From the NCBI GenBank assembly GCA_049903315.1, contig JBNGBT010000002.1, positions 224,001 to 288,000 on the forward strand: a stretch of 64,000 bases of DNA, given 5' to 3'. The notes under the pieces were generated by a model that was given only the letters and a program-made list of their open reading frames with translations, was not told the DNA's origin and made no database searches. The position numbers and the translations under genes are program-made. The stretch is from Candidatus Cloacimonadota bacterium. GTDB lineage: Bacteria; Cloacimonadota; Cloacimonadia; JGIOTU-2. Positions 27,561 through 38,182 of the stretch are shown here, in pieces (position 1 is the first letter of the stretch; each line of letters starts with the position of its first letter).

Positions 27561-28307
27561 ATGAAAAAAGTAATCATATTCATAATCCTGTTTGGATGTT
27601 TCTCTTTTCTTTATGGACAGAATTTAATTCTCACAGGACTTGGAATTCTTCAGAAGATAGATGAGAATGAATTTTATAAAACTATAGAATATACAGGATT
27701 GATGACTATTCATATCGATGACGAGATAAGAACCAAGAGAATGACCACACAAGCAAAGACTGAAGGTCAAAAAGCACTGGTTGAATTTACAAATCCTGAA
27801 GATTACGGCACGAAGTATCTGATGATGGAAGATGAGCTTTGGATATATTTTCCGAGTGAAGAAGAGATTGTAAAAATCTCAGGGCATATGCTCAAAGAGG
27901 GGATGATGGGCAGCGATTTTTCCTATGAAGATGCACTGGAAGCAAGCAAGATAGCTGAAAAATATGAGGTTCAAATTGCCGAACAAGATACTTTAAATGG
28001 GCATGTGTGCTGGGTACTGACACTCAATGCGAAAGTGAAAGATGTACCGTATTACTCCAGAAAAATGTGGGTTGATCAGGATCTTTTTATTCCATGGAAG
28101 GAAGAGATGTATGCTAAATCAGGTCGTTTACTCAAAGAAATGAATGTGCTTGAGGTTAAGCAGTTTGGGAATCGCTACTTCCCTGTCAAATCAGAGATGG
28201 TGAACAAGCTGAGAAAAAACAGTAAAACAGTTTTTGAACTTGAAGATATTGCATTTGATGTCGATCTGCCAGACAATATGTTCAGCTTAAGATATTTACA
28301 ACATTAA
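27561..28307 (+). CDS. Outer-membrane lipoprotein-sorting (LolA-like) periplasmic protein
   Basis: Signal peptide; F..P.D.GTKYL...LWIYFPS...MMGSDFSYED...YYSRKMWVD. Confidence 0.8.
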   Translation: MKKVIIFIILFGCFSFLYGQNLILTGLGILQKIDENEFYKTIEYTGLMTIHIDDEIRTKRMTTQAKTEGQKALVEFTNPEDYGTKYLMMEDELWIYFPSEEEIVKISGHMLKEGMMGSDFSYEDALEASKIAEKYEVQIAEQDTLNGHVCWVLTLNAKVKDVPYYSRKMWVDQDLFIPWKEEMYAKSGRLLKEMNVLEVKQFGNRYFPVKSEMVNKLRKNSKTVFELEDIAFDVDLPDNMFSLRYLQH

Positions 28308-28313
28308 GAAACC

Positions 28314-29411
28314 ATGAAAAAAAAAATGATAGTAGTTTTCTTATTATTGCTCATTACAGCAGGACTTATTGCTGATACACAATCCGGTTTGAAGATCTGG
28401 GGCTCAAATTTTATCGATCTCAGCGGGTACCATTATCTGAATAATGAAAACGATTCGCTCAAAATTGGTGCAATGAATACATTTCGATTAAACTTCCAAA
28501 ATAGAAATAAGCGTTATGCAAAGATTGTAGGCAATTTAGATTTGATCATTCCCTTGGGCTATACTGCAGATCAATTTCACGATTTGATCGATGCATCGGA
28601 TTCACTCTCATTGCCATATTATCCACTTTTTGTATATGGCAATACTCCGGTTATGCTGGACATCAGAAAATTGTATCTCTCTGTTTATTTGCCCTTTGCA
28701 GACATCACACTGGGGAGGCAGATCATAAACTATGGTAAGGGAGTCGTTTTTTCACCGATCGATGTATTCTCAACAGTAGATGTAACGAATATTAATTTTG
28801 AACGGCATGGCAGTGATGTAGCTGCAATCAAAATTCCTCTCTCATATCTTTCGGGTCTTGACATCATGACTGAACTTCCCAGGAAAAATCATGAATATTC
28901 GACGGCGATTCGAGGATATTTCAACGCAATGGGATTTGATTTCGCACTCAATACAATTTATAAGCATAGAGCTGAGAAATTGATTGCAGGTTTATCCTTT
29001 AAAGGTGACGCCTTCTTCGGTGTGTATGGTGAACTTGTGGAACACTTTGCGAACGATTATTCGGATAAATATTTTGAAGGAATGCTTGGGCTCGATTATT
29101 CGATTCACAACCTTTATCTCTTCAGGTGTGAATATTATTACAAAAACAGCAATATCCAGAATGAGTGGGGGAAACAGAATCTTTTTCTTTCCTTTCAATA
29201 TGTCATAAACGATCTTATGAACGTATCTGCACATATGATTGGAAGTGATGTTGGTGGGGATGCGCAAACCTTTATATATATGGGTCAGTTCTACTACAAT
29301 ATTCTCCAGAATGTTGATCTTATAACCTATGCTCGGTATTTTTCGTATAAAGAAAATTTGATTACTTTGCCCGATATAGAATATGCAGTAAGAGTGGAAG
29401 TTAAGTTTTAA
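28314..29411 (+). CDS. Predicted outer-membrane beta-barrel protein
   Basis: Signal peptide; LGRQIINYGKG..FSP.D.F; alternating beta strands; C-terminal Phe (VEVKF). Confidence 0.7.
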   Translation: MKKKMIVVFLLLLITAGLIADTQSGLKIWGSNFIDLSGYHYLNNENDSLKIGAMNTFRLNFQNRNKRYAKIVGNLDLIIPLGYTADQFHDLIDASDSLSLPYYPLFVYGNTPVMLDIRKLYLSVYLPFADITLGRQIINYGKGVVFSPIDVFSTVDVTNINFERHGSDVAAIKIPLSYLSGLDIMTELPRKNHEYSTAIRGYFNAMGFDFALNTIYKHRAEKLIAGLSFKGDAFFGVYGELVEHFANDYSDKYFEGMLGLDYSIHNLYLFRCEYYYKNSNIQNEWGKQNLFLSFQYVINDLMNVSAHMIGSDVGGDAQTFIYMGQFYYNILQNVDLITYARYFSYKENLITLPDIEYAVRVEVKF

Positions 29412-29430
29412 GAGTACGTAGAGAAGAATT

Positions 29431-29451
29431 TAACCACGAAATACACGAAAA
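29431..29451 (+). repeat. Solo arm taaccacgaaatacacgaaaa
   Basis: Identical 21-mer at 46359-46379. Confidence 0.7.
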
Positions 29452-29479
29452 GAACAAATAAAATTAAGGGTGGAGTTAA

Positions 29480-29577
29480 GTAACGCAAGATTCCAATTTA
29501 TCAATGCGTAACCACTATTTGGTGGAGAGGACTGATCTTACGTATTTATAAGACTCAACATCGGAATGTTGAGTTAC
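29480..29577. repeat. Inverted REP doublet family D, first unit interrupted by a 39-nt insert
   Basis: Uninterrupted version at 36698-36747; actcaacatcggaatgttgagttac is identical in both. Confidence 0.8.
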
Positions 29578-29697
29578 TTAAAGAAACTTATGATTGTTCC
29601 GAAAATACTTACTTTGATGATAAAAATGAAATTTATACTTTCTTTATTTTATGATCAGGTTAAATCAGAGTCATCAGCCCCAATCAATGAGCATATA

Positions 29698-29729
29698 CAA
29701 AAAAACGACCGAAATTGCTTCCGGTCGTT
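29698..29729 (-). terminator. Rho-independent terminator of asnA
   Basis: Minus strand aacgaccg-gaagcaattt-cggtcgtt followed by a T-run. Confidence 0.75.
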
Positions 29730-29749
29730 GTCTTTATTATGAATATTTT

Positions 29750-30877
29750 TTATTCAAGCACAAAGATATTCTTCTTTGCACAGATTTCTTTTAGTTTGTC
29801 GGGCCATACAGTCACAGTGACTTCGCCGAGGTGGGCTTTTCTGAGGAAGTACATATAGGTACGTGCCTGTCCGATACCGCCACCAATGCTCAAAGGAATT
29901 TTGTCATTAAGGATTGCTTGATGATACGGAAGATCGAGGAAATCGAGCTGACCGGAGATCTTGAGTTGTTGTTTGAGGGTATCTTTGGTTACACGAATAC
30001 CCATTGAAGAGAGTTCATGACGACGCTTGGTCACAGGATTCCATACAAGGATGTCACCATTGAGTCCATGAGTCTGCATTCTGTTGGGACCTGTTGTTTC
30101 TGTTACCCAATCATCATAGTCTGCGGCTCTCATCTCATGTGGATATCCATCCTTAAGCACCCAGCCGATACCAATAATGAACACGCCAGGATATTTTTTG
30201 ATGATCTCCGTTTCACGCTGTTTACGAGGAAGATCGGGATACATTTCCAGGATTTCTTCTGCATGGATGAATTTGAGCTCTTCAGGAAAGTCGGGGTATC
30301 TGCTGTCTTTAAGCTGAGGGAACATCTCCTGAGCGAGTTTTCCGGCACCAAGAAGCACTTTCCAGATCTTTTTTACGACCATTTTCAGGAATTCAAGGTT
30401 TCTGTCATCAGCAGTAATTACTCTTTCCCAATCCCACTGATCAACATAAGATGAGTGATCGTGATCGAGGAAATAGTCCTTTCTCACAGCTCGCATATCA
30501 GTGTTGATGCCTTCTCCAGGTTTACAATCAAATTCTTTGAGAGCAAGGCGTTTCCACTTTGTGGCTGCTTGAACAACCTGTGCCTGGATGGGTTCTTTAA
30601 GTCCAAGTCCGCAAGGAAATTGCACTGGAGATCGTGAGCCATCTCTGTCGAGATAGTCGTTCACGCCACTTTTCACATCAACGATAAGGGGAACCTGAAC
30701 CATTATCAAATTCAGTTCTTTGCAAAGATTTTCTTCGATATACCTTTTCATTTCGTATAAGGCAATCATTGTTTCTTTTGGAGTCAGCAAAGATTTGTAA
30801 TCATCAGGAAGGATTTGTTCAACCTTCTCATACGTGCTGATTCCGGGTCCTGCTAAGTCTGCTTTTTTGTCTAACAT
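29750..30877 (-). CDS. asnA: Aspartate-ammonia ligase
   Basis: KWKR..L, DMRAVRKD..LD.DHS.YVDQWDWE, RAADYDDW, LNGDIL, ELSSMGIRV, SIGGGIGQ; GGAG SD before ATG 30877. Confidence 0.92.
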   Translation of the reverse strand: MLDKKADLAGPGISTYEKVEQILPDDYKSLLTPKETMIALYEMKRYIEENLCKELNLIMVQVPLIVDVKSGVNDYLDRDGSRSPVQFPCGLGLKEPIQAQVVQAATKWKRLALKEFDCKPGEGINTDMRAVRKDYFLDHDHSSYVDQWDWERVITADDRNLEFLKMVVKKIWKVLLGAGKLAQEMFPQLKDSRYPDFPEELKFIHAEEILEMYPDLPRKQRETEIIKKYPGVFIIGIGWVLKDGYPHEMRAADYDDWVTETTGPNRMQTHGLNGDILVWNPVTKRRHELSSMGIRVTKDTLKQQLKISGQLDFLDLPYHQAILNDKIPLSIGGGIGQARTYMYFLRKAHLGEVTVTVWPDKLKEICAKKNIFVLE

Positions 30878-31076
30878 GTGTTTTATTCTCCAATTAAGTA
30901 TTGATTTTGGGGACAGCAGAAAAAATAATTTCAAGGCTGTCAATTTTATCAGGATACGCTTAAAAGATATGAATATAAAAACAACATTTAAGCATTCGAG
31001 GTGTTTAATTTTTCTACAAAAACTCGACACAAATGTCTCACCATTCAGGTATTGGAAAAAATTCAGGTACCATTTT

Positions 31077-32795
31077 ATGCTCAAGCGTTTTATTAAATTC
31101 TATAAACCTCACAAATGGCTTTTCATTCTTGATATGTCCGTCGCATTTCTGGCTGCGATCCTGTCAGTATTCTACCCGATGATCACGCGCAGTCTGCTCA
31201 AAACCTATATTCCAAATAAGGATATTCACGGCATTGTGCTCATGCTCTCGCTTTTAGGCGGGATCATGATCTTCAAAGCGATCTTCACCTACATCCGTAT
31301 TCGCTGGGGACATATTATGGGTGTACGTATGGAAACTGATATGAGGACTGACATCTTCACACACCTGCAAAAGCTTTCTTTCAATTATTTTGATAATGTG
31401 AAAACCGGACATCTTATGTCGCGCATTTCCAATGATCTGAATATGATAGCCGAGGTTGCTCATCATGCGCCGGAAGATTTTATTATTTCCGTATTCATCA
31501 TCATCGGTTCTTTTGTTGCCATGTTCTATTACAGTGCACCGCTTGCTGCTATCGCACTCATCCCACTCCCGTTGCTGCTCGTGTGGGGGCTTACTTACGG
31601 GCGGAGAATGAAGGGTGGATTCAGGCTCGTCAGAAAGCGAATCGCAGACATAAACAGCAGTGTGGAAAATTCGGTACAAGGTATACGAGAAGTGAAATCT
31701 TTTACCAATGAAGAACTCGAGATGGAGAAGTTTGAGTACATTAATTTCAGCTTCAAGACAGCAAAAGAAAAGATGTATAAGATCATGAGTACCTATTTTG
31801 CAGGTATGACCGGATTGACTGATTTTTATTACCTTATCGTGATCGCAGGCGGAGTGTATCTTATTTATATGGGAAAAATTGATGTGATCGATCTGCTTGC
31901 ATTCACGTTGTATATCAATTTTATTCTGAAGCCCATAGATCGACTTATTCATTTTACCGAGCAGTTCCAGCAGGGAAGTGCTGCCTTTGAGCGGTTTATC
32001 GAAGTGATGGATATTGAACCGGATATTAATGATATAAAGAACGCTCGTGATATGCCGGACGTGAAGGGGGAAATTGAAATTAAGAATTTATACTTCAAAT
32101 ACAACACTTCCGAAGATTGGATACTCAAAGATATTTCTCTTACGGTACCAGCAGGCAAAACTGTAGCGCTGGTAGGGGAATCCGGTGCAGGAAAGACGAC
32201 CCTTGCTTCTTTGATCCCCAGGTTTTATGAAGTGCAAAAGGGCTGTATCTGCATAGATGGGAATAATATCGTGGAGGTCAAGCAGGGATCGTTACGTGAG
32301 AACATTGGCTTGGTGCAGCAGAATGTCTTTCTCTTTGACTCCACAATTCGGGATAATATTTTATATGGAAATCCTGAAGCATCGGAAGAACAGTTGATCG
32401 ATGCGGCACGCAGAGCAAATATTCTCGAATTTGTTGAATCACTTGCCGATGGCTTTGATACACTAACAGGTGAGCGCGGCGTGATGTTATCCGGGGGTCA
32501 AAAACAGCGCATTTCCATTGCTCGTGTATTTCTGAAAAATCCGCCAATCCTTATTTTTGATGAAGCCACATCATCTCTTGACACAGAATCCGAAGCATAC
32601 ATCCAGAAAGCAATGGAAGAATTATCTCATAACAGAACTACGATCATCATTGCACACCGGCTTTCTACAGTACGAAAAGCAGATTTACTCTATGTGATGA
32701 ATAATGGTGAGATTGTCGAGCAAGGCAGCCATGATGTGCTTATGAAAAATGAGGGATATTATTATAATCTTTACACAAAAAACATGATTCTATAA
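31077..32795 (+). CDS. Fused ABC exporter (TMD+NBD, MsbA/Sav1866-like)
   Basis: Six-TM N-terminal half, GESGAGKTT, LSGGQKQR, DEATSSLD; the upstream ORF extension overlaps asnA. Confidence 0.9.
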   Translation: MLKRFIKFYKPHKWLFILDMSVAFLAAILSVFYPMITRSLLKTYIPNKDIHGIVLMLSLLGGIMIFKAIFTYIRIRWGHIMGVRMETDMRTDIFTHLQKLSFNYFDNVKTGHLMSRISNDLNMIAEVAHHAPEDFIISVFIIIGSFVAMFYYSAPLAAIALIPLPLLLVWGLTYGRRMKGGFRLVRKRIADINSSVENSVQGIREVKSFTNEELEMEKFEYINFSFKTAKEKMYKIMSTYFAGMTGLTDFYYLIVIAGGVYLIYMGKIDVIDLLAFTLYINFILKPIDRLIHFTEQFQQGSAAFERFIEVMDIEPDINDIKNARDMPDVKGEIEIKNLYFKYNTSEDWILKDISLTVPAGKTVALVGESGAGKTTLASLIPRFYEVQKGCICIDGNNIVEVKQGSLRENIGLVQQNVFLFDSTIRDNILYGNPEASEEQLIDAARRANILEFVESLADGFDTLTGERGVMLSGGQKQRISIARVFLKNPPILIFDEATSSLDTESEAYIQKAMEELSHNRTTIIIAHRLSTVRKADLLYVMNNGEIVEQGSHDVLMKNEGYYYNLYTKNMIL

Positions 32796-32852
32796 AAAAC
32801 GATCAGTTGCCGAAAGGCACTGAATTCGCAGAGGTCTATAATAGGGGTAACA

Positions 32853-34640
32853 ATGAAAAAACTGATCATTATACTGTTTTTCTTCATGGCATTTTACTGC
32901 CAGGCAAACGAAATATCTATTGAAAAACCAGAGACATTTCACCAGCTTCTGGATAATTATTTCCGTACAGTAATTGAGATTAATCCTGGAAATGCCAGCC
33001 ATCTCGGTTTGGATCCTGAGGGTAATTATCACTATAATAAATCAAAACTAACTGACAATTCAGAAGCAGCTTACCAGTATGAACTAAAATTAATCAAGGA
33101 TTATCTCAAGCTTTCAAAAGAATTCAGTGATCTGTCACCTGAGGATGAATTAGAATGTGCAGTTTTTCAACACTATTTGCAAAGTGTTATTGATACAGAT
33201 ATATTCCGTTACAATTACTATGTGCTTAATTACTTTTTTGGATTCCATTATAAACTTATTGCTCTTTTTACCGAAAATCATTCGATAAATACCAAACAGG
33301 ATGCGGAAGATTATCTTACCCGAATGGAGCAGCTTACTGCGTATTTCGACAATCTTTTTCTTGAGCTGGAGGAAAGAGAAAAGCAAGGAATCATACCTCC
33401 TATTTCAATTTTGGACCGGATGAAAAACATTACAGATGACCTTTCGGGTAAACTCCCGGAAGAAATAATATATTATACCCATTTTGTTGATCGTATAAAT
33501 GAGATGGAAGAATTGGATGAGACCACAAAGAATATCTATGAGGATAGAGCTCTTAATGCAGTAAATGAACGCGTTATACCGAATTACAAAAAAATATCAG
33601 AACATATTGAACATTTAAAGAACAAGGCGGGATATACTTCGGGTGTGTGGAAATTACCAGATGGCGATAATTTTTACAAATTTTGTCTGCAACAACATAC
33701 TACTACAAATCTTTCAGCGGAGGAGATCCATCAAATCGGATTGAAAGAAGTTGAAAGGATCCAGACAGAAATGCTTCAACGATTTGATGAACTGGGCTTT
33801 ACAGAAGGAGAGAACTTTGGCGAAATTGAAGGTCAATACTGGCATTCTTTGCAGGGAAGCGAATTCAATTACGTACAAAATGAATTCGGTCGAAAGCAGG
33901 CATTGGATGATTATCTGCAGATAATTGAAGAAACGAAAAAACGCCTGCCCGATGTCTTTGAAAAGATACCCTCGATCCCTGTGACCGTGTGTGCGGTTCC
34001 TGCGTATAAAGAACAATTTGCTGGACAGTATTATGACATGGCTCCGATCGACAGAAGCAGACCTGCGATCTTTTATACGAACCTAAGCTGGCTTCCCAAA
34101 AAACCAGGCATGCAAACCCTCCTGCATCACGAAACGATTCCGGGACATCATCTGCAGATCGCTTATGCACAGGAACTTGCTAATATTCCCATGTATCGCA
34201 ATTTTACTTTTTTCACTGCTTATATTGAGGGCTGGGCACTCTATGCGGAAAAACTTGCTTATGAACTGGGTTGGTATAAGGATATTTACAGCGAACTTGG
34301 TTACTTGAATTCAGAACTTTTCCGTGCTGCGCGACTGGTTGTGGATACTGGAATTCATTATAAAAAGTGGAGCCGTGAACAGGCGGCAGATTATATGGAG
34401 AAAAACCTCGGATGGGCAAGTTTTGGTGAGATTGACCGATACACGGTTTGGCCCGGACAAGCATGTGCGTATAAGATAGGGGAATTGAAAATACTCGAAC
34501 TGCGTGAAAAAGCAAAACATACATTAGGAGATCAATTCGATCTCAAAGAATTTCATGATGTGATTCTGCGAAATGGCGCTATTCCGCTGAACTTGCTGGA
34601 AAACGTTGTGGATGAGTGGTTGGAAGGGAAAACAAGGTGA
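32853..34640 (+). CDS. DUF885 family secreted protein (putative metallopeptidase)
   Basis: Signal peptide; GVWKLPDG..FY, EIHQIGL.EV, HETIPGHHLQ, EGWALYAE, RLVVDTGIH, PGQACAYKIG. Confidence 0.9.
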   Translation: MKKLIIILFFFMAFYCQANEISIEKPETFHQLLDNYFRTVIEINPGNASHLGLDPEGNYHYNKSKLTDNSEAAYQYELKLIKDYLKLSKEFSDLSPEDELECAVFQHYLQSVIDTDIFRYNYYVLNYFFGFHYKLIALFTENHSINTKQDAEDYLTRMEQLTAYFDNLFLELEEREKQGIIPPISILDRMKNITDDLSGKLPEEIIYYTHFVDRINEMEELDETTKNIYEDRALNAVNERVIPNYKKISEHIEHLKNKAGYTSGVWKLPDGDNFYKFCLQQHTTTNLSAEEIHQIGLKEVERIQTEMLQRFDELGFTEGENFGEIEGQYWHSLQGSEFNYVQNEFGRKQALDDYLQIIEETKKRLPDVFEKIPSIPVTVCAVPAYKEQFAGQYYDMAPIDRSRPAIFYTNLSWLPKKPGMQTLLHHETIPGHHLQIAYAQELANIPMYRNFTFFTAYIEGWALYAEKLAYELGWYKDIYSELGYLNSELFRAARLVVDTGIHYKKWSREQAADYMEKNLGWASFGEIDRYTVWPGQACAYKIGELKILELREKAKHTLGDQFDLKEFHDVILRNGAIPLNLLENVVDEWLEGKTR

Positions 34641-34763
34641 GAATAGTAATTTTCATCTTCGATAAAATAATCTGGCTCTTATGAGAAATGGGTATTGGAT
34701 ATTCAGGTTTTAAGTATATTTACAATGTCAACTCAGTAAAAACTCAAAAGAACATATTATCTC

Positions 34764-36590
34764 TTATTCCTGACTCAACTTATTCAACCTGTTCATCTCT
34801 CTTTTTCGTGTTGTTTCATCAAGCATTTTTTTACGCATCCTGATATTTTTGGGAGTTACTTCAAGAAGTTCATCATCATTAATGTATTCAAGTGCCTGTT
34901 CCAAACTGAACTGCCGTGGGGGGACGAGTACAATCGCATCATCCGAACCGGCTGCGCGAACATTTGAGAGTTTTTTACCTTTCACGATATTCAAAACAAG
35001 ATCATTTTCCCGCGAATGCTCACCGATGATCATCCCTGCATACACTTCCACACCAGGTCCAATGAATAAAATTCCACGCGCCTGAAAGTTGAACAGTGAA
35101 TATCCGGTTGCGATACCTTTTTCCATTGCGATCAACGCACCGCGACTTTTTTTGTCTAAATCCCCTTTATAAAATTCATATTCATAAAAACTATGATTAA
35201 TGATACCTGTTCCGCGCGTAGTTGTAAGAAATTCATTCCTGAAACCGATCAATCCGCGAGCCGGCACTTTATATTCAAGGCGTGTGTAACCGTCGTTGCC
35301 TGGAACCATATCGAGCATCTCACCTTTTCTGTATCCAAGCATTTCGATCACTGTCCCGACAAATTCATCAGCAACATCGACAGTCACAAGCTCAATAGGT
35401 TCTGTGCGTTTGCCCTCGAGTTCTCGATAAATCACTTTGGGAGTTGAAACCTGGAATTCAAAACCTTCGCGACGCATATTTTCAATCAGGATTGAAAGTT
35501 GAAGTTCACCGCGTCCTTTTACGATGAATTCATCTCCGTTTTCCGTGCCTTCGATCTTGATGCTGACATTCGTTTGAAGTTCTTTCTGCAACCTGTCCCA
35601 GATATTTCTGGATGTGACATATTTGCCATCTTTTCCCGCAAAAGGAGAATCGTTCACACGAAATGTCATAGAAAGGGTAGGAGCATCGATCTCGATGATT
35701 GGAAGGGGTTTAGGATTATCTTTGCATGCTGCTGTTTCTCCCACGTCGACCCGCTCCATACCTGCGAGTGAAACGATATCACCGGCAAATGCTTTTTTTA
35801 TTTCTTTCTTTTTCAGACCGTCATAATGGTAAATCTTTGTGATCCGATAAAGCAGTCTTTCTCCATCACGCTTGAGTAATACGACCTCTTCGCCTTGACT
35901 CACAGTTCCATTTGTAATTTTCCCAGTGCCGATCTTTCCGAGATAATTATCATACTCGATGGCAGAGACCAGCATTTGAAATGGTTTGGATACATCGCCT
36001 TCAGAATCTTTCACTCTGTGTATGATCGTTTCGAATAAGGGGATCAGGTCGTCATTTTCGTCTTCCAGCTCATACCTGGCATAGCCGTCTTTACCGGATG
36101 CAAAAAGAACAGGGAAATCTAACTGTGAATCATTTGCATGCAGGTCACAAAACAGGTCGAACACCATTTCAAGAACTTCTGCAGGTCGCGCATTGGGTCT
36201 GTCTATTTTATTGATGATCACGATTGGATCAAGTCCTAGTTCAAGGGATTTCTTCAGGACATACTTTGTCTGAGGCATCGGTCCTTCAAAGGCATCGACC
36301 AGGAGTAGAACAGAATCTACCATTTTCATGATGCGCTGAACTTCTCCACCGAAATCGGCATGTCCGGGTGTATCGACAAAATTTATTTTGTAATCTTTAT
36401 AGGTGAGAGACGCATTTTTGGAAAAGATAGTAATGCCCCGCTCTCTTTCAAGATCGTTGCTGTCCATCACGCGATCGGCAATGTTCTCGTTATCTCTGAA
36501 TGTGCCGGACTGCTTGAGAGCAGCATCGACCAGTGTGGTTTTGCCATGATCAACATGGGCAATAATAGCGATATTTTTAATTTTTTTCAT
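34764..36590 (-). CDS. typA: Translational GTPase TypA/BipA
   Basis: NIAIIAHVDHGKTTLVD, DTPGHADFGGEV, GRGELQL, ELLEVTP..IRMRK. Confidence 0.95.
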   Translation of the reverse strand: MKKIKNIAIIAHVDHGKTTLVDAALKQSGTFRDNENIADRVMDSNDLERERGITIFSKNASLTYKDYKINFVDTPGHADFGGEVQRIMKMVDSVLLLVDAFEGPMPQTKYVLKKSLELGLDPIVIINKIDRPNARPAEVLEMVFDLFCDLHANDSQLDFPVLFASGKDGYARYELEDENDDLIPLFETIIHRVKDSEGDVSKPFQMLVSAIEYDNYLGKIGTGKITNGTVSQGEEVVLLKRDGERLLYRITKIYHYDGLKKKEIKKAFAGDIVSLAGMERVDVGETAACKDNPKPLPIIEIDAPTLSMTFRVNDSPFAGKDGKYVTSRNIWDRLQKELQTNVSIKIEGTENGDEFIVKGRGELQLSILIENMRREGFEFQVSTPKVIYRELEGKRTEPIELVTVDVADEFVGTVIEMLGYRKGEMLDMVPGNDGYTRLEYKVPARGLIGFRNEFLTTTRGTGIINHSFYEYEFYKGDLDKKSRGALIAMEKGIATGYSLFNFQARGILFIGPGVEVYAGMIIGEHSRENDLVLNIVKGKKLSNVRAAGSDDAIVLVPPRQFSLEQALEYINDDELLEVTPKNIRMRKKMLDETTRKREMNRLNKLSQE

Positions 36591-36697
36591 TATTTTTCAA
36601 CTTATGATTATTTCTTTTGGAGCAGGTCACAAAAAAGTAGCCTTATCAAAATCGGGTGGTTATTGAGTCAATGTATTTGAGGGTATTAGCAGGAAAA

Positions 36698-36747
36698 GTA
36701 GCGCAAGATTCCGATCTTGCGTACTCAACATCGGAATGTTGAGTTAC
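36698..36747. repeat. Inverted REP doublet family D (GTAG/GTAA foot, TCCG loop)
   Basis: gtagcgcaagat-tccg-atcttgcgt followed by the reverse complement of gtaactcaacat-tccg-atgttgagt. Confidence 0.8.
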
Positions 36748-36869
36748 AGATTAATTCTCGGAGTACATAAGTTTGATCTTGTCCGTCCACTGACAAACCC
36801 TTGTTCTATAAATTCCTTCCTCCCTTCTCCCTTTTCCATCTTTCACTTCTGATCGGCAAACAAAATCTG

Positions 36870-38009
36870 CTATTTAAAATAACTGCTTATTACTTTCCAG
36901 TTTTCGAAATAGTTATATTCTTTATTATTGATTATCGCTGGATATACTTTATGTGAACCTTGATGATCAGTGTTAGAAAAAGAAATCTGATGATCTATAC
37001 CAATATCTAAATTTTTTATTGATTCCATCTGAGTAATAAAATTTGATCTTGTAAGATCGTTGGCGGATCTCGCCAATCCTTCTACCAAAACCTTGGCAGC
37101 GAGATATCCTTCCAGACTTACATGATTCAATTCTACATTTGGAACATATTCTTCCAAATCATTTCTTGCATCCTCTACTCCGGGAAGCATACTGAATTCA
37201 GGAGGAACAACCTGAGTGATAATTTCTCCATCACCCTGACCTGCATCATTCAAAATATCCAGAAGTTTGTGCGCTCCGACAAAAGACACGTTCATATAAA
37301 TAGGATTAAAATGCTGATTTTTTCCTTCGATAATGAATTTTGCGCAGCTTCCGTAGGTCCCGACCATTACAATTGCATCCGGATATGAAGGTAGAATGTT
37401 GTCTAATCCAGTTTGAATATCAGAAGTATTTCTCTGATACGTTCCACGGGAATGAATCTTTAATCCTCTTTTTGTTAATGAATTATTCAGACCTTCAAGT
37501 ACAGTATAGCCAAAAGGATCATCCTGATAGAAACAGGAAATTTTGGTCATGCCAAGTTCGTCCACAACTCCTTTAATAAATTTTTCTACTTCGTCGTAGT
37601 AGCTGGCACGATAATGAAATATCTCTTTCACCAGCGGATGCCTTAACGGCTCAGCTCCTGTAAATGGTGCAACGAGTGGAATGTGTTTTTCAATGATAAT
37701 TGGTTTTATCGCCATGGTGGTAGGAGTTCCCACGTTTCCGAATAAACAAAAAACTTTATCTTCATCGATCAATTTATATGTATTCTCGATGCAGCGACTC
37801 GGCTCATATCCATCATCATAGGCGATCAGTGTAATATTTCTGCCATTCACACCACCTAACTTGTTGATGCGATTGAAATATGCCATTGCTCCATTTTTGA
37901 AGCTCATTCCCAAATAGTCTGAAGGACCGGATAAAACCGTGGACATCCCAATCAAGATCTCAGTGTCTGTTACTCCTACATGGACTGGCTCTGTTACATT
38001 AGCTTTCAC
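36870..38009 (-). CDS. Branched-chain amino acid type (Peripla_BP_6) substrate-binding protein, no signal peptide
   Basis: GVTDTEILIG, GGVNGRNI.L...DDGYEP, GNVGTPT, RASY.DE; GGAGG SD before GTG. Confidence 0.85.
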   Translation of the reverse strand: MKANVTEPVHVGVTDTEILIGMSTVLSGPSDYLGMSFKNGAMAYFNRINKLGGVNGRNITLIAYDDGYEPSRCIENTYKLIDEDKVFCLFGNVGTPTTMAIKPIIIEKHIPLVAPFTGAEPLRHPLVKEIFHYRASYYDEVEKFIKGVVDELGMTKISCFYQDDPFGYTVLEGLNNSLTKRGLKIHSRGTYQRNTSDIQTGLDNILPSYPDAIVMVGTYGSCAKFIIEGKNQHFNPIYMNVSFVGAHKLLDILNDAGQGDGEIITQVVPPEFSMLPGVEDARNDLEEYVPNVELNHVSLEGYLAAKVLVEGLARSANDLTRSNFITQMESIKNLDIGIDHQISFSNTDHQGSHKVYPAIINNKEYNYFENWKVISSYFK

Positions 38010-38182
38010 TGCAATACCTCCTGTGTATTCCTATATTATAAAATTCGGACAACACACAAATATAATTGTATGTTATTTGCATTCTTTTGTATAAATTAAG
38101 TTTTCAGCAGATTCAGTTGTCAAGTTGTAGATGAAATCAATAGAATTCACTCTCCGTTTTCCCTCCTCCCTTTTCCCTTTCT

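Noticed and set aside
30834..31084. Long overlapping N-terminal extensions of asnA and the ABC exporter in the ORF track
   Set aside because: SD position and family homology place the starts at 30877 and 31077; the interval is a divergent promoter region
32797..32852. Hairpin tgcc-gaaa-ggca followed by cgcagag, faintly like a c-di-GMP-I riboswitch
   Set aside because: Lacks the GGCAAA lead-in and room for the second stem with tetraloop receptor; an Infernal search would settle it
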